Shown: one piece after another, positions 1-10,054 of the stretch
How positions within the stretch are numbered: the first letter of the stretch is position 1
How the letters are laid out: every line of letters begins with the position of its first letter
Source of the DNA: an uncultured delta proteobacterium
GTDB lineage: Bacteria > Myxococcota > Myxococcia > Myxococcales > Anaeromyxobacteraceae
Direction: 5' to 3'
Length of the DNA stretch: 53,827 nucleotides
Assembly (NCBI GenBank): GCA_963845515.1
Contig: CAWJSR010000052.1
Location: forward strand, 1 to 53,827
Notes under the pieces: model-generated
Seen by the model: the letters and a program-made list of their open reading frames with translations, nothing else
What the model was told of the DNA's origin: nothing
Databases searched by the model: none
Program-made: the position numbers and the translations under genes

Positions 1-4
1 CCGC

Positions 5-1225
5 TCACCTCCGCCGCTTGCGCCCCGCCAGGTCCGCCGGCCCGACCGCGCCGTCCCCGAACTTCTCGCGCAGCGTGTCGACCGCGGCGTTGAGGGCGCG
101 GCGGCGCTTCGCCTCGGGATCCTCTTCGGGCGCGGCCGCGAAGAGCCCCAGCTGGCCGGCCGGGACCGCGGCGTCTCCGCCGCCGGTCGGCACGAGCCCG
201 GAGACGGAGATGCCCGTGAGTCGGATGGGGCGCGAGAGCTCCACGCGGTCGAGCTGACGGCGGGCGGCGTGGAAGATGGTCCGGTCGTCGTCGGTCGGGG
301 CGGCGAGCGTCGTGCGGCGCGTGACGAGCGTGAAGTCCGCGTACTTCACCTTGAGCGTGACGACGTCTCCTTCGACGCCGGCGGCGCGCATCCGTCGCCC
401 GACCCGGACCGCCTGCGACAGCAGCTCGCGAGAGAGCAGCTCGCGGCCCGCGAGGTCCTCGCTGAAGGTGTCCTCCGCGCCGACGCTCCTCGCCTCCTCG
501 TCGGGCGTGACCTCGCGCGGGTCGTCCCCTGCCGCCAGCGCCTTGAGGTGCTGCGCCGCGCCCCCGCCGACCACCGCCGCGACGGCTGAACCCGGCAGCC
601 GCGCGAGGTCGCCTATCGTCACCGCGCCGATCCGGCGGAGCGCGCGCTCGGTGACCGGCCCGACTCCCCAGAGCCTGCCGATGGGCAGCGGCGCCAGGAA
701 GGCGGCGGTCCCGCCTGGCGGGACCTCTACCAGCCCGTCCGGCTTTCCGACGTCGGTCGCGATCTTGGCCGCGAACTTCACCTCGGCGATGCCGGCCGAG
801 ACCGTGAGGCCACACTCGTCACGGACCGAGCGCTTGATGGCCCGCGCGACGTCGACGCCAGAGCCGTGCAGCGCCCGGCTGGCCGTGACGTCCAGGAAGG
901 CCTCGTCGAGCGAGAGCCCCTCGACGAGCGGCGTGTAGCGCCGGAAGACCCCGAAGACCCGGCCCGAGAGCTCCGAGTACCGGTCGAAGCGTGGCGGGAG
1001 GAAGATCCCCTCCGGGCAGAGCCGGAGCGCGCGGGCCGTCGGCATGGCCGAGCGGACGCCGAACCGGCGAGCCTCGTAGCTCGCCGCGCAGACGACGCCA
1101 CGCCCGCTGGTCCCACCCACGATCACCGGGCGGCCGCGCAGCTCGGGACGATCGAGCTGCTCGACCGACGCGAAGAAGGCGTCCAGATCCATGTGCACGA
1201 TGGTGCGGCGGCGCTCCACCACCAT
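5..1225 (-). CDS. dinB: DNA polymerase IV (Y family)
   Basis: Motifs HMDLDAFFASVE, ASYEAR.FGV.SAMP, SLDEAFLD, KIATD..KPDG; little-finger region TLKVKYADF. Confidence 0.96.
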   Translation of the reverse strand: MVVERRRTIVHMDLDAFFASVEQLDRPELRGRPVIVGGTSGRGVVCAASYEARRFGVRSAMPTARALRLCPEGIFLPPRFDRYSELSGRVFGVFRRYTPLVEGLSLDEAFLDVTASRALHGSGVDVARAIKRSVRDECGLTVSAGIAEVKFAAKIATDVGKPDGLVEVPPGGTAAFLAPLPIGRLWGVGPVTERALRRIGAVTIGDLARLPGSAVAAVVGGGAAQHLKALAAGDDPREVTPDEEARSVGAEDTFSEDLAGRELLSRELLSQAVRVGRRMRAAGVEGDVVTLKVKYADFTLVTRRTTLAAPTDDDRTIFHAARRQLDRVELSRPIRLTGISVSGLVPTGGGDAAVPAGQLGLFAAAPEEDPEAKRRRALNAAVDTLREKFGDGAVGPADLAGRKRRR

Positions 1226-1243
1226 CTTCTACAGCGCCGGGCC

Positions 1244-1269
1244 GACGGCCGTCAGGACCCCTCGCCCCT
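1244..1269 (+). repeat. 26-bp direct repeat, copy 1 (GACGGCCGTCAGGACCCCTCGCCCCT)
   Basis: Matches 2436-2461 at 25 of 26 positions. Confidence 0.92.
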
Positions 1270-1621
1270 ATTCCCGCATCAGCGCTAACCCTGCCAATCC
1301 GTCGAGGAGGCAGAGGATCGCGGGAAGGAAGGCCAAGGCGCGCTTGCGCTGGGCCAAGGCCAGGACTGCGTCGAAGAGCTGAAGCACCCCGTCGCCCAGG
1401 AGAGCCCACGCCAGCACTTCCGGCCGGCCTCCGAGAGCGAGCAACAAGATCCCAAGACCCAGGAGGATGGTGCGGCTCCCGACCATCCACAGCAGGGGCC
1501 GCTCTGATTCCGTCGTCTCTGGGCGTCTCATCTTCCCCGCCAGCCAGGGAACGGTCAGGACGGTCAGCATGAAGCCTCGGAGGATGGCGAAGCCCATTGC
1601 GATGCGAGCGAGGGTGGACAT
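1268..1621 (-). CDS. Small integral membrane protein (possibly DUF4267-like)
   Basis: Several hydrophobic segments; ATG at 1621 preceded by GGAG; divergent from a TetR gene. Confidence 0.7.
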   Translation of the reverse strand: MSTLARIAMGFAILRGFMLTVLTVPWLAGKMRRPETTESERPLLWMVGSRTILLGLGILLLALGGRPEVLAWALLGDGVLQLFDAVLALAQRKRALAFLPAILCLLDGLAGLALMRE

Positions 1622-1681
1622 CGGAGCTCCCGGGTTGATGGCCCGACGACACACGAGTGGCGCGTTGAAGTCAAATCCAAC

Positions 1682-1697
1682 ATGAGGGTACCCTCAT
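1682..1697. promoter_or_regulatory. Perfect 16-bp palindrome ATGAGGGTACCCTCAT, putative TetR operator
   Basis: Perfect palindrome in the divergent intergenic region between the membrane gene and the TetR gene. Confidence 0.7.
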
Positions 1698-1818
1698 CTA
1701 TCGCGCCGATGGCGCTTGCCGCACCGAGCGTAAAGCTAGTGGAAGGCGCACGCACGCGGTGTAGAAGCGTCTCTACCGTGCGCCCCTTTCAGTTCATGCC
1801 GATCCGGGACTCCCGCTC

Positions 1819-2436
1819 ATGTCTCCCATGAAGGTGAAGTCAAAGACGATGCGACGCTCACCGAAACCGCCTCGTCGGCGCCGAGGTGAGCTGCGGGTGG
1901 CGGCGCTTCTCGAGGCGGCCACGGCCACCTTCGCCGAGAAGGGCTATGAGGCGGCGACAATGACTGAGATCGCCGCGCGCGCGGGCGCCGCCATCGGCTC
2001 GCTGTACCAGTTCTTTCCGTCGAAGGAGGCCCTGGCCGGCGCTGTCCTGAAGCGCTACGCGGCGTGGATTGAGATCGGAACAGGCGACGTCGTGGAACGA
2101 GCGCGGAAGCTGACGCCCCGCGGCTTCGCGGACCTGCTCATCGCGAAGCGGCTCGAGCGGCGCCTGGAACGCGAGGCGGTGCTGGCGGTGGCCGACGCGC
2201 CCGGCGCCGGACGGGAGCTGGCGCGCTTCAGAGAGGAGATCCGGCAGAAGGTCGCCGTTGCGCTGAAGGCGGTGAATCCGTCTCTCAGCGCTCGAGGGCG
2301 TCGTGCCATGGCCAGCGTCATCCTCGAGGTGCTCAAGCAACTCCCCGCGCTCGTCGAAGAGGACCGTCGACAGCAGTTCGGGCTCGTCCGCGAGGTTCGA
2401 GAACTGCTGGCGCTATACATCGCCCGAGAGAAGTAG
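1819..2436 (+). CDS. TetR/AcrR family transcriptional regulator
   Basis: HTH: LLEAATATFAEKGYEAATMTEIAARAGAAIGSLYQFFPSKE; start may be a later ATG. Confidence 0.92.
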   Translation: MSPMKVKSKTMRRSPKPPRRRRGELRVAALLEAATATFAEKGYEAATMTEIAARAGAAIGSLYQFFPSKEALAGAVLKRYAAWIEIGTGDVVERARKLTPRGFADLLIAKRLERRLEREAVLAVADAPGAGRELARFREEIRQKVAVALKAVNPSLSARGRRAMASVILEVLKQLPALVEEDRRQQFGLVREVRELLALYIAREK

Positions 2437-2461
2437 ACGGCCGTCAGGGCCCCTCGCCCCT
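2436..2461 (+). repeat. 26-bp direct repeat, copy 2 (GACGGCCGTCAGGGCCCCTCGCCCCT)
   Basis: Matches 1244-1269 at 25 of 26 positions; its 3' end also pairs with AGGGGCGA at 2477-2484. Confidence 0.92.
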
Positions 2462-2581
2462 TGGTAGGGCACTGGCAGGGGCGACAAACCCCCGTCCTTT
2501 CAGGAGCTAACGTCTCTTCACTTTGCCTTGATCAAGTGTGGAGCGGCCGTTAACAGGTCTAGCGTGGATACCTCAATCACA

Positions 2582-3100
2582 ATGGAACACGCCCAGCACC
2601 CAGCCCGACCGAGCGTAGCCGAGAGAATCCGTGACGCCGCGCGCGAGGAGTACGCGACGCGTGGCTTCCACGGAGCTCGAGTACAGCGGATCGCACGCGC
2701 AGCGGGGTGCAACGTCGCAATCATCTATCGCCACTGGACGTCCAAGGAGACGCTCTACGTCGACATCCTCAAGTCGGCGTGGCTCACGGCGGCCAGGGGG
2801 ATCGAGGAGTCCCTCGCGGAGGGGGACGGCAAGGGAACCGGGGCGATCGAGCTCTTCGCCGACGCCCTCTTCCGCGATCCGCTCGGCGCCCAGATCCTGG
2901 TGCGCGAGTATCTCGACGGCGCTCCGCACTTCCAGCAGCTCGCCGACAAGGAGCCAACCCTCCTGGAGCCGCTCAGGCGCGCGACCGAGTCCTTCGCCTC
3001 AGGCGACTGGCGGCGCCACGCCGCGGAGCTGGTGCTCCACGGACTGCTGCGAGGCAGCGGCCAGGTCGCGCAACAGGAGACGCTCACCGACTCAGGGTAA
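2582..3100 (+). CDS. TetR/AcrR family transcriptional regulator
   Basis: HTH: IRDAAREEYATRGFHGARVQRIARAAGCNVAIIYRHWTSKETLY; ATG at 2582. Confidence 0.88.
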   Translation: MEHAQHPARPSVAERIRDAAREEYATRGFHGARVQRIARAAGCNVAIIYRHWTSKETLYVDILKSAWLTAARGIEESLAEGDGKGTGAIELFADALFRDPLGAQILVREYLDGAPHFQQLADKEPTLLEPLRRATESFASGDWRRHAAELVLHGLLRGSGQVAQQETLTDSG

Positions 3101-3129
3101 CGAGGGCCGTCCCTCCCTCGCCCCCCAGG

Positions 3130-3170
3130 GATCCGGCCCGCCAGCGACACGGCGGGCCGGATCTTCTTTT
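3130..3170 (+). terminator. Rho-independent terminator
   Basis: Perfect 13-bp stem GATCCGGCCCGCC/GGCGGGCCGGATC followed by TTCTTTT. Confidence 0.85.
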
Positions 3171-3220
3171 GCACTGCGCGCACTTTCGGCTCGCCCCTCG
3201 GGGGCGTAATGTCCCGCGCC

Positions 3221-4330
3221 ATGCGAGCCGACGTCGTCGTAGTGGGCGCGGGCGTGCAGGGCTGTGGAGTCGCCCTGCGCCTCGCCCAGGCAGGCAAGTC
3301 CGTCATCGTCCTGGAGAAGTCCATCCCCGGCGCCGAGGCTTCCAGCGCCGCGGGCGGCATACTGTCCCCCGGCGTGGAGGCCGAGCACCCCGGCCCCTTC
3401 TACGAGCTCTGCCGGGCCTCCCTCGCCCGGTACGAGCAGCTCGCGCGCGAGCTGGAGCGGCTCACCGGCATGTCGGTCGGCTTCCGGGGCGGCGGGACGC
3501 TCGAGGTCGCCTTCGATCCCGAGCACGCGGAGATCATGGCGGCCCGCGCCGACATCCTCGAGAAGCACTCGCTCGCGGTCGAGGTGCTCGACGACCTCGA
3601 GGTCCGCAAGCTGGAGCCGGGCCTCTCCCAGCAGGCGCGCGGCGCCCTCTACTTCCGGGACGAGGGCTCGCTGGACCCGCGCCTCTTCGGGCGCGCCCTC
3701 GCGATCGCGGCGATGAAGGCGGGCGCGCAGTTCCTCACGGGGACGGTGAAGCGGATCCGGAGCGAGGGCGGGCGCGCCTCGGGCGTCGACCACGAGTCGG
3801 GGCGGATCGACTCCGACGCGGTGGTCCTCGCCGCTGGCAGCTGGAGCCTCCTCGTCGAGGGCCACTCCCTCCCGGAGCGGGCGGTCCGCCCGATCCGCGG
3901 CCAGATCGCGCTGCTGGACACGCGGCCGCCGCTCCTGAGCCGCGTCGTCTTCTCCGGAAAGGGATACGTCGTGCCGCGCGCAGACGGCCGGATCCTCTGC
4001 GGCTCGACGATGGAGGAGGCGGGCTTCGAGAAGCTGGTCACCGCCGGCGGACTCATGCGCGTCCTCGAGATCGCGACCGAGATCGCGCCCGACCTCGCGA
4101 AGGCCCCGATCATCGAGACCTGGGCGAACTTCAGGCCGGGGAGCCCCGACGGCGCACCGATCCTCGGGGCCGGCGCGCTCCCGGGGCTCTTCTACGCCAC
4201 GGGCCACACTCGCAACGGGATCCTGCTCGCGGCCATCACCGCTGACGCGGTGAGCGCCGCCGTCCTCGGGAGGCCGGTGCCGGTGGACCTGGGCCCCTTC
4301 TCTCCCGCACGCTTCTCCTCCACGACCTGA
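3221..4330 (+). CDS. thiO: Glycine oxidase ThiO (FAD-dependent, DAO family)
   Basis: VVVGAGVQG Rossmann motif, AS.AAGGIL, PIRGQ, YVVPRADG, ATGHTRNGILLA; start 3221 or 3209. Confidence 0.88.
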   Translation: MRADVVVVGAGVQGCGVALRLAQAGKSVIVLEKSIPGAEASSAAGGILSPGVEAEHPGPFYELCRASLARYEQLARELERLTGMSVGFRGGGTLEVAFDPEHAEIMAARADILEKHSLAVEVLDDLEVRKLEPGLSQQARGALYFRDEGSLDPRLFGRALAIAAMKAGAQFLTGTVKRIRSEGGRASGVDHESGRIDSDAVVLAAGSWSLLVEGHSLPERAVRPIRGQIALLDTRPPLLSRVVFSGKGYVVPRADGRILCGSTMEEAGFEKLVTAGGLMRVLEIATEIAPDLAKAPIIETWANFRPGSPDGAPILGAGALPGLFYATGHTRNGILLAAITADAVSAAVLGRPVPVDLGPFSPARFSSTT

Positions 4331-4410
4331 CACGGGCCGGGCCACTCCCGAGGGGAGACCGACGCAACGCTTCGCCGCCGGCGGCGGCGAAGGGATAGTA
4401 TGTCGGCGCG

Positions 4411-5885
4411 ATGGGCGACACCTTCATCGGCACAGGGGCCCTGACCCTCGAGATCAAGCTCGGCACCACGCTCGGCAGCTACGAGATCGTGGAGCTGCTC
4501 GGCAAGGGGGCCATGGGGCGCGTCTACAAAGCCCGGCACGTGCGGCTGGGACGCGAGGTCGCCCTCAAGGTCCTCAACCCGGAGTTCGTAGCGCGCGCCG
4601 ACGTCGTCCAGCGGTTCTTCCGCGAGGCGCGCGTCGTGAACGACATCGACCACGAGAACATCGTGGAGGTGACCGACTTCGTCGAGCAACCCGGGGTCGC
4701 GTACCTCGTGATGGAGCTGCTCGACGGCGAGAGCCTGCGCGACCTGATGGACCTGCGCGGGCGCAAGTACCCGCAGGTGAAGCGCATCGTCGCCATCATG
4801 ACGCAGGTGTGCAGCGCCCTCGGGGCGGCCCACGCCAAGGGGGTCATCCACCGCGACCTGAAGCCGGACAACGTGATCGTCGTGAAGCGCGACGGCGCCG
4901 ACTTCGTGAAGGTGCTCGACTTCGGCGTCGCGAAGCTGCGCGGTGGCGGCGACCTCGCCGAGACCACCACCGGGATGATCATCGGCACGCCGCACTACAT
5001 GGCCCCGGAGCAGGCGCTCGGACGCGAGATCGACCGCTGCACCGACGTCTGGGCGGCAGGGGTCGTCCTCTACGAGCTGCTGGCCGGGTGCATGCCGTTC
5101 ACGGGCGCCAGCTTCGTCGAGCTCGCGGTGCAGATCCGCGAGAAGCCTCCGAAGGACTTCCCCAACAAGACGCCTCGTGGCGAGCGGATCCCACCCTGGC
5201 TCGCGGCGGTCGCGCTCAAGTGCCTCGAGAAGAAGCCGGCCGACCGGTACCGGTCGATGGCCGCGCTCAGCGAGGCGCTCGCGGCCAGGGGCGAGGATCC
5301 TTCGCGCGGACTCCCTCTCAAGCTACTCGCCGTCGGGGCTGGGCTGGCGGCCGGCGCGGCCCTCGTCTTCCTCGGCGTGCACTACGACGCGCCGGCGCGC
5401 CTCCGCGCGACCCTCGAACGTGGCCGCGCCTCCGTCCACGCACTGTCCGAACGCACGCCCCCTCCCCCCGCGCCGGCGCCCTCGCCAGCGGAGCTTCGCA
5501 AGGCGCCTGCGCCGGCGTCTCCCGCTACGGCACCCGCGCCGGCGCCGCGTCCGTGTCCCCGGTGAAGAAGCCTGCCGCTCCTGCTCCGCGCGAGAGCGAG
5601 GCTCCGCGCGCGAAGGCGCCAGCGCGCGCCCCCGCCGCGCGACCGGCGACGGTCGAGCTCTCGCTCCGGTCATCACCTGCTGGGGCCCGCGTCGTCCGGC
5701 TCGACACCGGCGCGAGGCTCGGGAAGACGCCGCTGCGCCTGAACGTCCCGCGCAAGGCAGCGACCATCTGGCTCCAGATGACGCTCGACGGCTACCAGCC
5801 CGTGAAGTTCACCGTGGACCTGCGGCGCGACAACGGCGCCAACGTGACGTTCCAGGGGGCGAAGAAGGGCACGCGGCGCCGGTAG
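4411..5885 (+). CDS. Ser/Thr protein kinase with TM helix, Pro-rich linker and C-terminal PEGA-like domain; 1-bp frameshift near 5550
   Basis: [35 protein letters not shown]-like segment ([10 protein letters not shown]...LGKTPL...LDGYQP) continues in another frame to TAG at 5885. Confidence 0.85.
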
Positions 5886-5971
5886 TCCGGGCGCCCTCGC
5901 GGCGCGGCCGGGTGCGCGTCCGGCCGTACGGGGCTGGAGTCGCGGGCGGCCCCGGTGTAGATCCCGCGCCG

Positions 5972-6830
5972 ATGAAGGACGTCACGAAGCTCGAGCGCAA
6001 CCTGCTGCGCGCCGCCGGCAAGGCCATCAGCGACTTCGACCTCATCGTCGAGGGCGACAGGATCATGGTCGCCGTCTCGGGCGGGAAGGACAGCTACGCG
6101 CTGCTCCACGTCCTGATGAGGCTGCGCGAGCGCGCGCCGATCGACTTCGACCTCGTCGCGGTGAACCTGGACCAGGGGCAGCCCGGCTTCCCGGCGCACG
6201 TCATCGAGGAGCACCTCCAGCGGGTCGGCGTCCCGTACCGGATGCTCTCGCGCGACACCTACTCGGTGGTGAAGCGACTCGTGCCGGAGGGCAAGACCAC
6301 CTGCTCCCTGTGCTCGCGCCTGCGCCGCGGCGTCCTCTACAACGCCGCGGTCGAGATGGGCTGCACCAAGATCGCCCTCGGCCACCACCGCGACGACCTC
6401 ATCGAGACGCTCCTGCTCTCCGCGCTCTACTCCGGCGCCCTGAAGTCGATGCCGCCCCGGCTGCGATCGCTGGACGGGCGGAACGTCGTCATCCGGCCGC
6501 TCTGCTACGCCGCCGAGGAGGAGATCGCCGCCTTCGCCGATGAGATGAAGTTCCCCATCGTGCCGTGCGACCTCTGCGGCTCTCAGCCGAACCTCCGTCG
6601 CCGGCGGGTGAAGCGGCTCCTCGACCGAGCTCACCGAAGAGCACGCGTCCGTGAAGGGGAACCTCCTCCACGCGCTCGGCCACGTCGTCCCCTCGCACCT
6701 GCTCGACCGCGCGCTCGCCGTGAAGGCGGCGGAGGCCACCGGCGCCGACCCCTGGCTCGACGCGGAGGACGACGAGGGGGGCTGCGACGAGGCGGGCGCG
6801 GTCCTGCTCGGCGGACCGCGGTCGGGCTAG
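5972..6830 (+). CDS. ttcA: tRNA 2-thiocytidine(32) synthetase TtcA; 1-bp frameshift near 6626
   Basis: SGGKDS PP-loop, [25 protein letters not shown]-terminus ([27 protein letters not shown]) lies in the next frame. Confidence 0.93.
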
Positions 6831-6900
6831 GGGTCCGGGCCCCGCTCGGGTACGATTCGCCCACCGGTGCACCTGGGAGCGCCGAGGACGGAACGCGAGG

Positions 6901-8615
6901 ATGGAAACGCTGCTCGATGGGTGGGTGATGTGGCTCGTCGCGACGGTCGGTGGCGCGATCGCCCTGGGCGCCGTGGCCTCCGCGGTCCTGGCTTCGCGCC
7001 GGCGGCGCGCGCGGCGGTTCGAGGAGGCGCAGCACGCCCTGCTCGTCTCGGAGGAGCGGCTCCGGCTCGCCCTCGAGGCGACCTCGGACGTCGTGTGGGA
7101 CTGGGACCTCGTCAACGACTCCATCTTCGAGCCGGGCTGGGCGAAGGCGTACGGCTTCCCGGAGGAGCGGACTCCGCGCTGCGGCCGCGAGCTGATGCCC
7201 TTCCTGCACCCCGACGACGCCTCCGCCATCGCCGCGAACCTCGGAGAGCTGACGGAGGGCAAGCGGGACGGCTTCGAGCTGGAGCACCGCGCGCTGCATG
7301 GGAACGGCGAGTGGCGGTGGACGATCGCGCGGGTGCGCGTGGTCTCCCGGGACGAGCACGGGCGCGCCACGCGCATCATCGGGACGTGCGCCGACATCAC
7401 CGAGCGCCGCCGGATGCTCGCCCGGCTGCACATGGCGGACAGGCTCGCGTCCGTGGGGACGCTCGCCGCCGGCGTGGCCCATGAGATCAACAACCCGCTC
7501 GCGTACGTGCTCGGCAACGTCGAGCACGCGCTGGAGGAGCTCAGGGACCTCGGCGGCGCGCTCGCGAGCGGACAATCGGCTCCGGCCGACACGTCGAGGA
7601 TCATCCAGGGCACCGTCGAGGCGCTCGCGGAGGCTTCGCTCGGCGCCGAGCGCGTCCGGGACATCGTGCGCGACCTGAAGCTCTTCTCACGCGCCGAAGA
7701 GGGCGAACGGCGAGGCCGACTGGCGTCGTGCGCGTCCTGCAGAGCGCGGTCAACGTCGCCGGGCCCGAGCTTCGGCGGCGGGCGCGCCTGCGGCTGGAGC
7801 TCGCCGAGGTCCCGCCGGTCGTCGCGAACGAGTCCCGCCTCTCGCAGGTGTTCCTGAACCTGCTGGTGAACGCCGCGCAGTCGATCCCGGAGGGGCACGT
7901 CGAGGAGAACGAGATCACCGTCTCGAGCGGCGTGGATCCTCTCGGCCGGGTGGTCGTCACGGTGCAGGACACCGGGTGCGGGATCCCGCTGGCGGATCAG
8001 AAGCGGATCTTCGACCCGTTCTACACGACCAAGCCCGTCGGGGTCGGTACCGGGCTGGGCCTCGCCATCTGCCACGGCATCGTCACGGAGATCGGCGGGG
8101 AGATCGACGTGGAGAGCACACCTGGCCGCGGCTCGACCTTCCGCGTCGTCCTGACCGGCTCGAGCGAGGCCGAGCTCATCGCGACGCGCGACGCGCCACC
8201 CGCTGCGCCCCGCCGGGCGAGGGTCCTGGTCGTGGACGACGAGGAGGCGTTCTGCAGGGCGGTCGAGCGGATGCTGGGCGCCGAGCACGACATCGTCACG
8301 ACCTGCGATCCGTTCGACGCGCTCCGGCGAGTCGAGGCGGGCGAGCAGTTCGACCTGGTGCTCACCGACGTCGTCATGCCGCGCCTCTCCGGGATGGAGC
8401 TTCACGCGCTCCTGACGAAGTGCGCGCCCGCACTCGCCGAGCGCACGCTCTTCGTGACCGGAGGGGCGACCAACGCCGCGGTGGCGAGGTTCCTCGCCGA
8501 CCGTCCCGGCCGCGTCATCGAGAAGCCGTGCGGTGCGAGCGCGCTGCGCTCCGCGATCTCGACCGCGATCTCGACTCCGCCCGTGGCCGCGCCGGCGCCG
8601 GCCACCGCCGTCTGA
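6901..8615 (+). CDS. Hybrid sensor histidine kinase (TM-PAS-HisKA-HATPase-REC); 1-bp frameshift near 7716
   Basis: PAS (WDWD, LHPDD), AHEINNPL H-box; second frame has NLLVNA, DTGCG, PFYTTK..GTGLGL and receiver VLVVDDE...DVVMP. Confidence 0.9.
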
Positions 8616-8617
8616 CG

Positions 8618-10045
8618 CTACCCCGCGAGCGCCTGGTACAGCGTCTCGTACCGCTCCGCGCTCCGCTCCCATGAGAAGTCCTGGGACATTCCCCGCTCCA
8701 CCAGGCCGCGCCACGCCCGCGCGTCGCGCCAGGTCTCCACGGCGCGGCGGAGCGCGGTGAGCATCGCGCGCGGGTCGTACTCACGGAACTTGAAGCCGGT
8801 CCCGCGCCGCCAGCCGTCGTAGTCCTCGACCGTGTCCTCCAGCCCGCCCACCGCCCGCACCACCGGCACGGTCCCGTAGCGGAGCGAGTAGAGCTGGCTG
8901 AGCCCGCACGGCTCGAACTGGGACGGCATGAGGAACAGGTCGGCGCCGGCCTCGATCCGATGCGCCGTCTGCTCGTCGAAGCCGATGCGGACGGCGATCC
9001 GGTCCGGCCGCGCCGACGCCGCGCGCGCGAACGCCTCCTCGAAGTCGGGCCGCCCGGTCCCGAGCACGGCGACCTGCACGTCCATCCCCAGGATCTCCGA
9101 CAGCGACGGGACGACGAGGTCGAGCCCCTTCTGGTCGACGAGGCGCCCCACCATCCCGATGAGCGGGACGTCGTCGCGGACCGGCAACCCGAGCTCCCGC
9201 TGCAGGGCCGCCTTGCACGCCCCCTTCCCCGCCAGCTTGCGCTGCGAGTAGTGCACCGGGAGGTGGGGATCGTGCGCCGGATCCCACTCGTCGACGTCGA
9301 TCCCGTTGAGGATGCCGGTGAGATCGCGCGCCCTGTGGCGCAGCAGCCCGTCCAGCCCCCACCCCGCCTGCCGCGTGAGGATCTCGCGCGCGTAGCTGGG
9401 CGAGACGGTGGTGAGCGCGTCGGCGAAGGCGATCCCGGCCTTCATGAAGTTGAGCTTGTCGTGGAACTCCGCCGCGTCGAACCGGAAGATCTCCCACGGG
9501 AGCCCGATGCGCGGCAGCACCTCCTTCGGGAAGACGCCCTGGTAGGACAGGTTGTGGATGGTGAAGACCGACTTCACCCCTTGCAGCAGCGGATCCCCGG
9601 CGTGCTCGCGCTTCAGGAGCCACGGCACGAGCCCCGTCTGCCAGTCGTTGACGTGGACGATCCGCGGCCTGAGCTTCACGCCGTGAGGGAGCGCGAGCGC
9701 GGCGCGCGCGAAGAAGGCGAACCGCTCGGCGTTGTCCTCGTAGTCGCTCCCCGGCTCGCTGTAGAGGCCGCGGCGGGACCCGAAGTGCTGCTCGTGCTCG
9801 ATGAAGTAGACCGGGACCTTGCCGCGCTTCAGCCACGCGGTCGTCCCCTCACCGCGCACGCGGACCGCGCGGTGCAGCGGCTCGAGCCCGTGCTTCACCG
9901 GGTCTATCGAGCCGTAGCGCGGCGTCACCACCGCCACCGAGTGCCCCCGCGCTGCGAGCGCGCGGGGCAGCGCCCCCGCCACGTCACCGAGGCCGCCGGT
10001 CTTCGAGTACGGCGCCACCTCCGACGCGACGAACAGGACCTCCAT
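8618..10045 (-). CDS. glgA: Glycogen synthase (GT5)
   Basis: SEVAPYSKTGGLGDV, HVNDWQT, TIHNL.YQG, RLVDQKG, PSQFEPCGL.QL. Confidence 0.96.
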   Translation of the reverse strand: MEVLFVASEVAPYSKTGGLGDVAGALPRALAARGHSVAVVTPRYGSIDPVKHGLEPLHRAVRVRGEGTTAWLKRGKVPVYFIEHEQHFGSRRGLYSEPGSDYEDNAERFAFFARAALALPHGVKLRPRIVHVNDWQTGLVPWLLKREHAGDPLLQGVKSVFTIHNLSYQGVFPKEVLPRIGLPWEIFRFDAAEFHDKLNFMKAGIAFADALTTVSPSYAREILTRQAGWGLDGLLRHRARDLTGILNGIDVDEWDPAHDPHLPVHYSQRKLAGKGACKAALQRELGLPVRDDVPLIGMVGRLVDQKGLDLVVPSLSEILGMDVQVAVLGTGRPDFEEAFARAASARPDRIAVRIGFDEQTAHRIEAGADLFLMPSQFEPCGLSQLYSLRYGTVPVVRAVGGLEDTVEDYDGWRRGTGFKFREYDPRAMLTALRRAVETWRDARAWRGLVERGMSQDFSWERSAERYETLYQALAG

Positions 10046-10054
10046 CCGCCGTGC

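Noticed and set aside
1226..2581. Search for a LexA box for dinB
   Set aside because: No convincing match to the Myxococcus-type or E. coli-type box was found
5540..5565. Programmed frameshifting as an explanation for the split genes
   Set aside because: No slippery heptamer or long homopolymer at the break points; scattered 1-bp errors are a simpler explanation
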